Assembly (NCBI GenBank): GCA_963830365.1
Contig: CAWHMU010000033.1
Coordinates: forward strand, 1-64,000
Length of the DNA stretch: 64,000 nucleotides
Origin: an uncultured Chlamydiae bacterium
GTDB taxonomy: Bacteria; Chlamydiota; Chlamydiia; Chlamydiales; Parachlamydiaceae
Direction: 5' to 3'
Both the position numbers and the translations under genes were made by a program. The notes under the pieces are model-generated. The model searched no databases and was not told the DNA's origin. It saw only the letters and a list, made by a program, of their open reading frames with translations. This document shows positions 9,401 to 19,565 of the stretch, one piece after another. Position 1 is the first letter of the stretch; every line of letters begins with the position of its first letter.

Positions 9401-10570
9401 CTATGTTTTCCAGGAAAAGAATGATAGCCGCCCCAACAGGGCGCCGAAGGCGGCGCCGGCCAGGTGGGCGGTATTGGCAATGCCGGGGGAAATGGACATC
9501 TCGTGGTTAATCTCCAAATAAAATGAAACCAGCTGGATTGAAAGCATGGCGAGGATGAAAAATATCATGAAGTTAATCGTCGCTTTTTGCAACGGATATC
9601 CTTCCCAGGCGGCAACTTTCTGGCGCATCCAAATAAATGTCAGCATGCCGCAGATGATGCCCGAATAGCCGATGAAATCAGGGCCGCTCATCAGATACTG
9701 GCAGGTGTTTGAAAAAATTCCCGTCACCAGCGCAAATAGCAGGTAGCGGCCGGCGCCGAGGCGCTGTTCCATCTGCTGGCCGAGTACGATCAGCCATAGC
9801 ATATTGAAGAGTAGATGGAGAATGTCGTGGTGCATGAGGCAAGGGGAGAACAACCGCCAGAACTCGCCTTGGCGGATCTTTTCGAAAAGCGTGGGAGTGA
9901 TCTCCTGAAGTGTGTCTGCCTGTGTGCTGGGATGCATAAAGAGGGCGTAGGCCCCATGCCAATAGGGTGTTTTCTGTAGCTGTGCCAGCAGGTATTTGCC
10001 ATGGGCTGGCAGCTCTTGAGGCTCTTGCAGCTGGCCGATGCCATAGAGGTTGACCAGCTTGTCGGCAAGCTCGTATGTCAATGGATAGTCGTAGAGGGCG
10101 GCCTTCTCCACCGGTGATGCCATCTGGGGGAGGGCTGGCAGATTTGTGGCGATGGCCGTTATGTGGGGGGCTGTCATCATATCGATGAAAAATAACAGGC
10201 TGCAGAGCAATATCAAATAAATCGTGGTGCTCTTTTGCGGCAGATGCTGGGATATTTTGCTTGTTGCGGCCGCATGGCCTGCGGCCGGCAGGGGGGCATT
10301 TACAGGCGTAATGACGGGCGCCACATGGGATATCCTTTTTAGAAAGACGGGGTTGTCGGGCTGGGCTTTAAAAGCTGAGATCCACTTCTCGGCTACCTCG
10401 ACCTGGTCCTCGTCATAAATCCATAGATGGCATACGGCATCCCCATATTGCGGGCTGCCCCAATCGGTATTGGTGGTGATTTCCAGCTGATTTACCACGC
10501 CTTCGGCAGTCAGGAAGGTCGATAAGATGAGCGCCTGCTTTTGGTCATTGAGGGTGTAGATGAGTCGCAT
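9401..10570 (-). CDS. Rhomboid-family intramembrane serine protease (GlpG-like)
   Basis: WRLFSP.LMH..ILHLLFN, GYSG, ANTAHLAG; soluble N-terminal domain. Confidence 0.92.
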   Translation of the reverse strand: MRLIYTLNDQKQALILSTFLTAEGVVNQLEITTNTDWGSPQYGDAVCHLWIYDEDQVEVAEKWISAFKAQPDNPVFLKRISHVAPVITPVNAPLPAAGHAAATSKISQHLPQKSTTIYLILLCSLLFFIDMMTAPHITAIATNLPALPQMASPVEKAALYDYPLTYELADKLVNLYGIGQLQEPQELPAHGKYLLAQLQKTPYWHGAYALFMHPSTQADTLQEITPTLFEKIRQGEFWRLFSPCLMHHDILHLLFNMLWLIVLGQQMEQRLGAGRYLLFALVTGIFSNTCQYLMSGPDFIGYSGIICGMLTFIWMRQKVAAWEGYPLQKATINFMIFFILAMLSIQLVSFYLEINHEMSISPGIANTAHLAGAAFGALLGRLSFFSWKT

Positions 10571-10571
10571 A

Positions 10572-11078
10572 TCATTTTCCTTGAGACGGCAGTGTGGCGA
10601 TTTTTTTTAGGATCTGTGAGGTGGATAGCCCCGGCACTAGCTTGACGATGTGAATTCGACCGCCATGCTGCTGGACGGTGTCGGCCTCCAGACAGTTTTC
10701 CCCGTATTCGGCGCCATTGACATGCACATCGGGCTTGATAGCACCCAACAGGCGGCGGGGGTCGGTCTCCTCAAACCAGGTGACGTAATCGACGAAGCCC
10801 AGGGCTGCCATCAGCTGCAGGCGGTATTCCAGCGGGATGATCGGTCGGTCGGGGCTCTTATAGGCTTTGATCGACGCGTCGCTATTGAGAGCCACGATCA
10901 GCACATCGGCCACCTGTGAAGCTTCATAGATGATCTGCAAATGTCCGGCATGCATCAGGTCAAAGGAGCCATTGAGCGTGGCGATGGTACGGCCTGAAGA
11001 TCTGATGCCGGCAACTTTCTCGCTCAGGCAGGCGGGGTCAAGCAGCTTGCGCTGATAGGCTTCGGACCATGCTTCCAT
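10572..11078 (-). CDS. Nucleotidyltransferase (HldE/RfaE domain II-like)
   Basis: NGSFDLMHAGH, ALNSDASI..YK..DRP, KPDVHVNG.EY, GLSTS. Confidence 0.9.
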   Translation of the reverse strand: MEAWSEAYQRKLLDPACLSEKVAGIRSSGRTIATLNGSFDLMHAGHLQIIYEASQVADVLIVALNSDASIKAYKSPDRPIIPLEYRLQLMAALGFVDYVTWFEETDPRRLLGAIKPDVHVNGAEYGENCLEADTVQQHGGRIHIVKLVPGLSTSQILKKIATLPSQGK

Positions 11079-11100
11079 AGATTTATATCACCCTTTCGTT

Positions 11101-13590
11101 TTATTGCGCGTGATCCGGAAATGCGAGGCTGAAGACCTCATCATAATGTTCTACGAAATGCAAAGTCAGCCCTTTCTTGAGGTATTCAGGCAACTCATCG
11201 CAATCGCGCACGTTGTCTTTGGGGAAGATCAATACTTTCAGCCCTGAGCGACGGGCCGCGATCAACTTCTCCTTGACGCCGCCGATGGCCAGGATTTTGC
11301 CTGTCAGGGTAAGCTCGCCGGTCATGCCCAGGTTGTCGAGCACCGGGGTGTCGATCAAAAGGGACAGCAAGGCCGTGACCATGGTAATGCCGGCCGAGGG
11401 GCCGTCCTTTGGCGTGGCGCCTTCCGGAATATGGATATGCACCTGGGCCTTTTCAAAGAAGGTATAGCCGGCAGCATATTTATGCACGGAGCTATGCAGG
11501 TAGCTCCAGGCGATTTCGGACGATTCCTTCATCACCTGTCCGGCCTGTCCGGTGAGCTTCATGCCGGTTTTTTCTCCGGCCACCTTTATGGCTTCGATAT
11601 AGAGAGTGGCGCCGCCCATGGCGGTCCATGCCAAGCCCATGCATACCCCGACCGGTGTGCGCTCATAAAAGCGGTCGGAGGTGAAGATGGGTTTGCCCAG
11701 ATATTCGCTGAGATTGGCGGCCGTGATGCGGTATTTGATATCCGGGGCGGTGATGGCTTTGGTTTTGCTTTTCTTTGACGGCTTGGCTTCCGCTGCTTCC
11801 TGCAGACGCACCACTTTGATGGCGATTTTGCGCATGATTTTCTTTATCTGGCTTTCCAGGTTGCGCAAGCCGGCTTCGCGCGCATAGCCATTGATGATGG
11901 CGCGCAGAGCTTCATCGCTGATCTGCACCTGACTGGCTTTCAGTCCCATCGATTTGCGCGTGCGCGGCGTCAGATATTTCTTGGAAATCTGCACCTTCTC
12001 CTGGATGATGTAGCCGGAAAGTCGCATGATATCCATCCGGTCTTTGAGCGGCTCGGGGATGGTATCCAAGACGTTGGCTGTCACGATAAAAAGGATGTCT
12101 GACAGATTGCAGCGCACATCGATATAATGATCGAGGAATTCCACATTCTGCTCGGAATCCAACACTTCAAGCAGCGCTGACGCCGGATCGCCATGATAGC
12201 TGCTGCCCATCTTGTCGACCTCATCGAGCATGATCACAGGATTCATCGTCTGGCAGTATTTCAAAGCCTGGATCAGCTTGCCGGGCATGGCGCCGACATA
12301 GGTGCGGCGATGCCCTTTGATTTCGGCCTCATCGCGCATGCCGCCGACGGAGAAACGATAGAATTTGCGGTTGAGGGCGCGGGCGATGCTTTTGCCGATG
12401 CTTGTTTTGCCTACGCCGGGAGGGCCGACGAGGCAGAGGATGCTGCCCTTGACAGTGCCTGAGAGCTTGGCGACACCGATGAATTCCAGGATGCGCTGTT
12501 TGATATCCTCAAGGCCATAGTGGTCGTGTTCGAGGATTTTTTCAGCTTCGGCAAGGTTGTGGCTTTCGCTGCTGTAGATGCCCCAAGGGATGATGGTCAG
12601 CCAGTCGATATAGCCGCGCACTACGCTGTATTCGGCTGATTGGACTTCAAGCACGCTCAGTTTATCCATTTCCTCGTTGATGACTTTTAGCACGTCAGGC
12701 GGAACTTTGCGTTCTTTGAGTCGCGCTTCGAATTTCTCGCGGTCGACCAGTTTGTCGTCTTTCTCGATGCCCAGTTCTTTTTTTATTGTCTTCAGCTGTT
12801 CGCGCAGGAAGAAGTCTTTTTGGCTCTTAGTGATGGTGGCATCGATTTTTTGACTGATGCTATTTTGCAGGATGCTTAAGTCGAGTTCTTTTTTTAGCAG
12901 GATCAGGGCCTTATCGATGCGTCCCTGGATGTCGAAAGTCTCCAGCACGCCCTGCAATTCTTCCCTTGAGGCTGTCGTCAAAGCCACAGCGAAGTCTGCC
13001 AGCTTGCCGGGTTCGGTGAAATCTGAATGGCCGAGGAAGATTTGCAGTTCCTCTTTAAAGAGGGGATTGAGTTTTAGCAGTTCTTTGATGGTGGAGATGA
13101 TACTGATGGCATAGGCTTTAAGCTCATCGGTTAGTGTTGGCGCATCTTCAGAATATTCCACTCTGGCATGCAGGCATTTGGCTTTTGGCAAAGGCTCCAG
13201 CACGCGCATGCGTTTTTCCATATTAAGGATGACCTGCGCCCCCCCTTGTTCGGTGGGGATGATGCGCAGGATGCGCGCCAGCACCCCTACTTGATAGAGA
13301 TCGTCGAAGCCGACTTTATAGGCATCGGCCGATTCCGATTTCGTTAGCAGCAGGCCAACGCATTTGTGTGTCGATTTAGCTACCTGCTTAAGGATTTCGT
13401 AAAAAGGACCGGGTTCGATGACGATCGGGGCTGCCATGCCAGGGAAGAATGGGCGGCGGATCAATGGGAAGATATCAATCTGATCCGGTGCCGGGGTGAT
13501 TTTTTTAGTGTTCCGATGTTCTTCGTCAAGAGAACTCAATACAGCATTTTCAAGTTCTAAATCAAAGCCGTTATCGCCTTCAGTGTTCAA
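11101..13590 (-). CDS. lon: ATP-dependent protease La
   Basis: DHYGL, GPPGVGKT, LDEVDK, PKDGPSAG, IGGVKEK; TTG start with AAGGA RBS. Confidence 0.98.
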   Translation of the reverse strand: MNTEGDNGFDLELENAVLSSLDEEHRNTKKITPAPDQIDIFPLIRRPFFPGMAAPIVIEPGPFYEILKQVAKSTHKCVGLLLTKSESADAYKVGFDDLYQVGVLARILRIIPTEQGGAQVILNMEKRMRVLEPLPKAKCLHARVEYSEDAPTLTDELKAYAISIISTIKELLKLNPLFKEELQIFLGHSDFTEPGKLADFAVALTTASREELQGVLETFDIQGRIDKALILLKKELDLSILQNSISQKIDATITKSQKDFFLREQLKTIKKELGIEKDDKLVDREKFEARLKERKVPPDVLKVINEEMDKLSVLEVQSAEYSVVRGYIDWLTIIPWGIYSSESHNLAEAEKILEHDHYGLEDIKQRILEFIGVAKLSGTVKGSILCLVGPPGVGKTSIGKSIARALNRKFYRFSVGGMRDEAEIKGHRRTYVGAMPGKLIQALKYCQTMNPVIMLDEVDKMGSSYHGDPASALLEVLDSEQNVEFLDHYIDVRCNLSDILFIVTANVLDTIPEPLKDRMDIMRLSGYIIQEKVQISKKYLTPRTRKSMGLKASQVQISDEALRAIINGYAREAGLRNLESQIKKIMRKIAIKVVRLQEAAEAKPSKKSKTKAITAPDIKYRITAANLSEYLGKPIFTSDRFYERTPVGVCMGLAWTAMGGATLYIEAIKVAGEKTGMKLTGQAGQVMKESSEIAWSYLHSSVHKYAAGYTFFEKAQVHIHIPEGATPKDGPSAGITMVTALLSLLIDTPVLDNLGMTGELTLTGKILAIGGVKEKLIAARRSGLKVLIFPKDNVRDCDELPEYLKKGLTLHFVEHYDEVFSLAFPDHAQ

Positions 13591-13619
13591 AGGTGCATCC
13601 TTTTAAAGGTTATAAGTCG

Positions 13620-13784
13620 TATACCATGATCTAGTGAGAATTTGACATATTGGACAGCGCGAAAGCTCCCGGGGTTGCATGATCGTAAGCCACCCAATAT
13701 TAGCAATATGGGGTGGCTTACAATCATGCAACCCCGGGGCTTTGGCGCGTCCAATATGTCAAATTCTCACTAGATCATGGTATA
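13620..13784. repeat. 165-bp fold-back palindromic element (MITE/REPIN-like)
   Basis: Perfect 36-bp outer inverted repeat TATACCATGATCTAGTGAGAATTTGACATATTGGAC, with near-perfect pairing continuing to the centre; TA at both ends. Confidence 0.9.
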
Positions 13785-13995
13785 ATATAATGAATCTTAT
13801 TCTCGCGTTGAGTTTAAGGCTTTTTGCCAATCATTTCAACCCCAACAAAATTTTGAAAGAACATTTCATGGTTTTTTATCAACAGCCCAACCATATAATT
13901 GCATTGAGGAACATTCTGCGATAGGCTACAATCGTCGTCGAAATTGAAATAAAATCCTATCGAATCGCAAATTCATAGAATAATGCATAGGACAA

Positions 13996-16011
13996 TTGAG
14001 TATGGCAAATCCTTGCAGCACTGCCACACAAAAATCCGTGTTTGGGCTTCTCATCACCCCCGTCAAAATACCACCCCATCCGATTGGCCATGTACCGCTA
14101 ACAGCCGATCCCCGGTTACTTGCCTCTCGTGCCGAGCAAGAGACCACAGTCAGTAAAAAGCCTGGCAGTTTGCGTGATAAAGCCGTTACAATCAATGGGA
14201 TAGGTGTTGGCGGCGGCTGCCTGCGAGCCTTCAACCAACAGCTGTCATTGATACCCAACTACACCAGGGACATGGCCAAAAAAGTCATGAGGCTTGCCTT
14301 AAGTACACTTAGTCTGGGTCTAACTGTAGCACGGCATGAAAAATCAGCGCAGATAGGCCCCATGGGGATAGCGGCTGATGCGCAGCCGCCAAAAGGCAGA
14401 TGTATCCCGCTGAGGTATGTCTTATGGATGCCTTTGCGAGCCACAGCAGCTGTGGCGAACCTGCTGCTGCACCGGTTCGGTGCAGCTTTCAACATAAGGC
14501 CTCAAGCCGACCAGCCTCCTCTACCGATGTCTGTTTCATGCCTTGCAATAGCGCCCAGTAGCGAAATACAAAGCGAAAGCCCCCCCCAAAAAGCTGCTGA
14601 TTTCAATAAACAGGGTTTTGTAGCCAGGCTGGATGATTGGGAAGAGCCATTAGCTGAAGAGTCGACTGATGACACCGCCGATGTTGATGAGGCTGCCGTA
14701 GCCGGCTTTGATGAGGGCGAAGCTGAGTTTGGCGATGCCGAAGAGGAAATGCCCTTGCCAGAATCAGGCCCCGCCGACGTTAACGTGCCAAGAGCTCCCG
14801 ATATGCTCGCTGAGTTGATGGCTTTCTTTGACTGCGGAAAAAGGGCGCAGGTGAGAAATTCGCTAGCTAAAGCTTTTCGAGGCCTGGAAAGCCCGCTACA
14901 ACGCACAAAACTGCTTAAGGCTTTGCTGTGGCTGCTTAAAGAGCAAAACACCGATGGCTTTCTTTACATTCTGCAAACCTTGAGGATCATGCCTCCCCGT
15001 CAAAGGAGTGCTGCGGTGGCTTTCATGTCTACGCTATTTAGAAACGCTTCTGACGATGACCGTCAAAAGGTGCTGGCGGCATTGGTGGCTGTGGCGGCAG
15101 GGCAGCGCTTTGCGTTGATAGAAAGCATCTTGCCTCTTCTCAAAGATGCGCCTGAAGCGGATATGCGCATCCGGTTGATTGTGGCTATGGCGAAGGTGCC
15201 TGAAAGCGGCAGGGGAAAGGTTGTTGAGATATTGGTGTCAATGCCGCCTGCGCAAAGATTAAAAGCCTTGATAATGGCAACAGACATAGCTGCCAGCCCG
15301 ACACCTAAATATATCGATATCATCCTTGCAATGAGTTCGATGGCATGTTTGGAAGATAGGGTCAATGTGGTGAAACTTGTTGAAGCACAGCAAACGGGCA
15401 TGGGTGAGAAAAAACTGGTGATAAATGAGTCTCATGGCAGTTTTTTGATGCTCATCGCCTTGTTGACAAAAGAGCCGTTGGGCTGGCTTGTGCAAATATT
15501 ACGGCACCTGCCCGAAGAAAAAGTCCAGCTCTTTGCCCATTTCATCGCTGAACTCCTTAAAGAAGTGTCTCCTGAAAATGCCTATGCCCCCCTCATCAAG
15601 GTGGTACACAACATGCTGACAGAAAGTGATGTCGGCGTCACTGCCAAATTCATAGAACTTATGCTTTTGCTGCCGCCCCAGCAAAGAGAGAGTAATATCG
15701 AAAATATAATGATCATCTTTAATGGCATATGCCGCGAACTGCATGATAAGTCGCTTGTTGATAAGTTGGCTGCCATTGATGAAATGATTCAAGCATTGCT
15801 GCATACGGCAGATGAAAAGAAAATATTCATTCTAAAATTTTATGTCGAATGCTGGCAGCCTAGGAGCAACCAGCCCGGATCCTATTTCATCAATGTTTTA
15901 GAAGAAATGATTTCAAACCATGATGAAGATGATGGCGATCATGGACTTGATAGGCCTAGTCTCGGCCTTTTTGATTCCTATGTATCAGTGCCGCACTTGC
16001 TGCATAGGTAA
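13996..16011 (+). CDS. Hypothetical effector-like protein with acidic linker and helical (HEAT-like) repeats
   Basis: 671 aa; acidic tract, then recurring units LRIMPPRQR, MAKVPESGR, LVSMPPAQR, LRHLPEEK, MLLLPPQQR. Start uncertain. Confidence 0.65.
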   Translation: MSMANPCSTATQKSVFGLLITPVKIPPHPIGHVPLTADPRLLASRAEQETTVSKKPGSLRDKAVTINGIGVGGGCLRAFNQQLSLIPNYTRDMAKKVMRLALSTLSLGLTVARHEKSAQIGPMGIAADAQPPKGRCIPLRYVLWMPLRATAAVANLLLHRFGAAFNIRPQADQPPLPMSVSCLAIAPSSEIQSESPPQKAADFNKQGFVARLDDWEEPLAEESTDDTADVDEAAVAGFDEGEAEFGDAEEEMPLPESGPADVNVPRAPDMLAELMAFFDCGKRAQVRNSLAKAFRGLESPLQRTKLLKALLWLLKEQNTDGFLYILQTLRIMPPRQRSAAVAFMSTLFRNASDDDRQKVLAALVAVAAGQRFALIESILPLLKDAPEADMRIRLIVAMAKVPESGRGKVVEILVSMPPAQRLKALIMATDIAASPTPKYIDIILAMSSMACLEDRVNVVKLVEAQQTGMGEKKLVINESHGSFLMLIALLTKEPLGWLVQILRHLPEEKVQLFAHFIAELLKEVSPENAYAPLIKVVHNMLTESDVGVTAKFIELMLLLPPQQRESNIENIMIIFNGICRELHDKSLVDKLAAIDEMIQALLHTADEKKIFILKFYVECWQPRSNQPGSYFINVLEEMISNHDEDDGDHGLDRPSLGLFDSYVSVPHLLHR

Positions 16012-16059
16012 TATTTGATCCTAACTAAAGTGTACAACAAGCCACAGAGTGTAAATAGT

Positions 16060-17157
16060 ATGAATTTAATAACCAGCTCAACATCAACACTGACGCCAGC
16101 CGATACTGCGATGTCGCCATCATGTCGGCAGGTATCAATTCATGGCGGGCGAATTTATTCTTCCCCATGCCAGCAGACTCTTTCCCCTGAATCCAAAGCC
16201 TGCGCGATATCAGACGAGCCTTTTGATAATGATCGTGAAAAGCCTGCCAAATCGATTATCATAAAGACTGCTTCAATACCTGATATGGAAGCCCATATTT
16301 TTAGCTTCTTTAACAGCAAAAATCTAGTGCAACTGCAGCGCGAATTCGCTGCCGAAGATGTTTCGGCCTTGGCGCCAAGTGAGATCGTCATGAATCGAAA
16401 TTTAGTCAAAGCTCTACAAGCGGGGATTTTTAGAGCAAAACTCGACATGCTTGCAGCCACCAAAAATTGTGTGCTGGCTGGTTTGATGAAAATAGAGTCG
16501 TCATCCCAGCAGCATGCAGATGTGGCTGGCGCATGCTATGCTGAGAAACCGCTAAAATATGCCAAGGAAATCGCAGCCATAAAGGCAATAGACAAAAACG
16601 AGGTATTTAAATGGCCTGCTTTCAGCGACAGTGCACGCAGCGTGAGTGATGCCGAAGCTAAGCTTTGTATCGAAATCGCCAAAATTTGTGGCATTCATGA
16701 TTTGCCAGAATTTAAAGCCCAATTATCACAAAAGGAACAGGAATTAATCAGCATCAAAGAGATATTGCTTGTGTTGATCACTTTTGAAGCCTATTTCCTG
16801 AGCTTCGCTCCGCTGGAGTTGAGAGCCAACACCGAATTTATGCTGGCGGTGGTCAAGCGCAATGGCATGGCCCTTTGCGATGCGCCAGCATGGTTGCAAG
16901 ATGATGAAACGATCGTCGCAGCGGCGGTAGCCCAGAATGGCAGAGCGCTTCGGTTTGCCTCTGAAAGATTGCGCGATAATTTTGAGATTGGGTTAAAGGC
17001 CGTCATGCAAAATGGTTTTGCTTTGGACCTTGTATCCGAAAGATTGCGAGATAATGAAGAACTCGTATTGGCTGCCGTCCGGCAAAACAAATATTCGCTT
17101 GACTCGGCATCACAAAGATTGCAAAAGGATAGCTATCTTTTGGCTGCCGGCGGCTAA
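16060..17157 (+). CDS. DUF4116-repeat protein with F-box-like motif
   Basis: C-terminal repeats xAVxQNGxALxFASERLRDNxE; IPDMEAHIFSFFNSKNLVQL near the N-terminus; Ser/Thr-rich N-terminus. Confidence 0.8.
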   Translation: MNLITSSTSTLTPADTAMSPSCRQVSIHGGRIYSSPCQQTLSPESKACAISDEPFDNDREKPAKSIIIKTASIPDMEAHIFSFFNSKNLVQLQREFAAEDVSALAPSEIVMNRNLVKALQAGIFRAKLDMLAATKNCVLAGLMKIESSSQQHADVAGACYAEKPLKYAKEIAAIKAIDKNEVFKWPAFSDSARSVSDAEAKLCIEIAKICGIHDLPEFKAQLSQKEQELISIKEILLVLITFEAYFLSFAPLELRANTEFMLAVVKRNGMALCDAPAWLQDDETIVAAAVAQNGRALRFASERLRDNFEIGLKAVMQNGFALDLVSERLRDNEELVLAAVRQNKYSLDSASQRLQKDSYLLAAGG

Positions 17158-17212
17158 ATGGCTAAAAACGGCACCAGCTGTCAATCAACGTTTAGAGGGA
17201 TATTTAAACATT

Positions 17213-18184
17213 ATGATGGCATCTTATGCGACTTCATCACCTATGATAAGTGTAGCTGCGGCAGATCCCATGCAGGCCAGGCCGACCGATAATGACGGCG
17301 ACAGTTTCTCCACTGTCGGTTCCTTTCAGTCTATTCAGAAAACAAAGGAAGTTGCTCATTCAGCCCTGACTTCCACGGCCACATCCTACGCAGGGCACAT
17401 CAACCCGCCTGTATTTTGTGGTGGGATTGAAGTCATTATTTCTAAACCGAAAGCTGCGGATGGCCCAGACGCAGATGTCCCAGACGCAGATGGCTCAGAC
17501 GACGAAGTCAAAAATGAGATAGGAAATGAAAAAGCCGCAAGTCTTCGCACATTAAAAATCCTGCGGCTTGACGAGCTTCAAAACAAAGTAATTGATGCGT
17601 TGATGGCGATGGGAAGGCAAATCGAGGGTGAAGAAAGTAAAGGGGTAGCGGGAGCAGCATATCAATACGCTAATGAAATTAGCGCGATAGGCAACTGTGA
17701 TGTGCCGTCAATAGATGCTTATTTGGATAATAGTAACATTGATCTCAGACAGGCCGAAATCGAGTTCTGTCGCGTCATGGCAGAGATTCTAGGGCTTGGT
17801 TACGATGAGTTGTCTGCAAAAGCCAAGCTGTGTGAGTCGATTTCAGAAAGGGAATGGGCGCTATTGAATAATGCAGAAATCGGCAAGGTGCTTGTTACAG
17901 GCTTTCCGTTTATACTGCAATTCTTAGCCGACAAATTACAAGATAGTATTGAAGTTGTGGATAGCGCTTCCAAAGCCGATCCCTATGCTATGGAATTTGC
18001 TTCTAAAAGAATACAATTTGAAAGTCTGCGGCGGTATGGGACAGCGATTAAATTTATGCCGAATTTACAGCATGATCTGCAGGCTGCTAAAGTGGCTGTC
18101 AAACAATCTAAGGAGGCTTATAAATATCTCTCCTACAAGCTTAAAAATGATCCGGCCATCTTAGATCTCCTGCCGCAAAATTAA
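17213..18184 (+). CDS. DUF4116-repeat protein, paralog of the upstream gene
   Basis: GAGGG RBS before ATG 17213. Shares VAGA..Y..EI.AI / AE..C...A.I.G / SxxExxL..EI..VL with the 16060 gene; degenerate DUF4116 repeats. Confidence 0.75.
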   Translation: MMASYATSSPMISVAAADPMQARPTDNDGDSFSTVGSFQSIQKTKEVAHSALTSTATSYAGHINPPVFCGGIEVIISKPKAADGPDADVPDADGSDDEVKNEIGNEKAASLRTLKILRLDELQNKVIDALMAMGRQIEGEESKGVAGAAYQYANEISAIGNCDVPSIDAYLDNSNIDLRQAEIEFCRVMAEILGLGYDELSAKAKLCESISEREWALLNNAEIGKVLVTGFPFILQFLADKLQDSIEVVDSASKADPYAMEFASKRIQFESLRRYGTAIKFMPNLQHDLQAAKVAVKQSKEAYKYLSYKLKNDPAILDLLPQN

Positions 18185-18383
18185 AAACAGGATAGGCCAG
18201 ATAGTCAGGATAAAGACATTAAGCCCTGGCTACGGCGGTAGAATCTCCTAACAAGTTGTCGCCATAGCCACGGCAACAATCACCTCACACATGCCCTGTC
18301 TGCGCGAAATACGGCATTTGCGTTTAAAGAGACATATTAGTTAAGATATAATTCTCTTTAAGTCTTAAATTAAGTGACGCATA

Positions 18384-19565
18384 ATGAGCCGCTTGCCACA
18401 TAAAAATTCCCATCCAGCCGCCGACAAGCCAAAGGTGGAGGACATCCTGCATGCCTACCGCCAGCGGGCCGAGCAGCAGGAGGACGTCAGCTTGCATCCC
18501 AATGCTGCCCATTCCAGCCGGCATAGCCGCTATTTCGGCGCCGAAGAGGACCACCGTTTGCCCTATAAGCGGGATGTGGACCGTATCGTGCATTCCAAGG
18601 CCTATGCGCGCTATATCGATAAGACGCAGGTGGCCTATCTGATTGCCAACGACCATATCACCCATCGCAGTTTGCATGTGCAGCTGGTGAGCAGTTTTGC
18701 CCGCGGCATTGCTGAGATTCTGGGACTCAACCTCGACCTGGTAGAGGCCATTGCGCTTGGTCATGATGTGGGGCATCCGCCATTTGGCCATGAAGGCGAA
18801 GGGTATCTGTCTGAGTTGTCGCAAGAATTCGGCAATGGCGTCTTTGCCCATCCATGGCAGTCGTGCCGGCTCTTCACCGCTATCGAACCGTTAAATTTGG
18901 GACTGGCCGTCTATGATGGCTTCTTATGCCATGACGGGGGCATGTGCGGTACTAGGCTAATGCCGCATTTCGGCAAAACCTGGGCCGAGCATTTTGCGGA
19001 AAAGCAGCAAAAGCTAATTGATCCCGACAAAAACATCTGGCCGGGTACGCTTGAAGGCTGCCTGGTCAAACTCTGTGATACCATGAGCTATCTTGGACGC
19101 GATATGGAGGATGCCATCAGCCTGGGCATTCTAAAGCGCCATGACGTGCCAAAGACCCTGCTCGGCATGACCAACCGCGAAATCTTGAGAGTGCTGTCGC
19201 AGGATGTAATTAAAAATAGCTATGGACAGGATTTCATCGCCCTTTCAGATGATGTGAACGCAGCTTTGAAGGTGCTGCGCAAGTTTAACTTCGACGCCAT
19301 CTATACCCACCCCAAATTGAAAGTCGAATCGGACAAAATTCGCCGCAGCTACCGCATTCTTTTCGAGTTGCTGCTGGATGACTTTGAAAAACAGCAGCAA
19401 AATAGCTACCTGTGGCGCAATTTCTTGCATAACAAGGCGGCATCTTATCTGACAGACACAAGCCCTGTACAAATGGTGGTCGACTACATCGCCGGCATGA
19501 CGGATAGTTATTTCATCAGGACGTTAGAAAAACTTATTGTCCCTCAAACGATAGAATTGCGATGA
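18384..19565 (+). CDS. HD-domain dGTP triphosphohydrolase-like protein
   Basis: RDVDRIVHSKAY, KTQV, R..H, LGHDVGHPPFGHEGE, DYIAGMTD. Confidence 0.9.
   Translation: MSRLPHKNSHPAADKPKVEDILHAYRQRAEQQEDVSLHPNAAHSSRHSRYFGAEEDHRLPYKRDVDRIVHSKAYARYIDKTQVAYLIANDHITHRSLHVQLVSSFARGIAEILGLNLDLVEAIALGHDVGHPPFGHEGEGYLSELSQEFGNGVFAHPWQSCRLFTAIEPLNLGLAVYDGFLCHDGGMCGTRLMPHFGKTWAEHFAEKQQKLIDPDKNIWPGTLEGCLVKLCDTMSYLGRDMEDAISLGILKRHDVPKTLLGMTNREILRVLSQDVIKNSYGQDFIALSDDVNAALKVLRKFNFDAIYTHPKLKVESDKIRRSYRILFELLLDDFEKQQQNSYLWRNFLHNKAASYLTDTSPVQMVVDYIAGMTDSYFIRTLEKLIVPQTIELR

Noticed and set aside
18384..19565. dGTPase as an anti-phage defence system
   Set aside because: It is translationally coupled to tsaB in a housekeeping context, with no defence-island neighbours.
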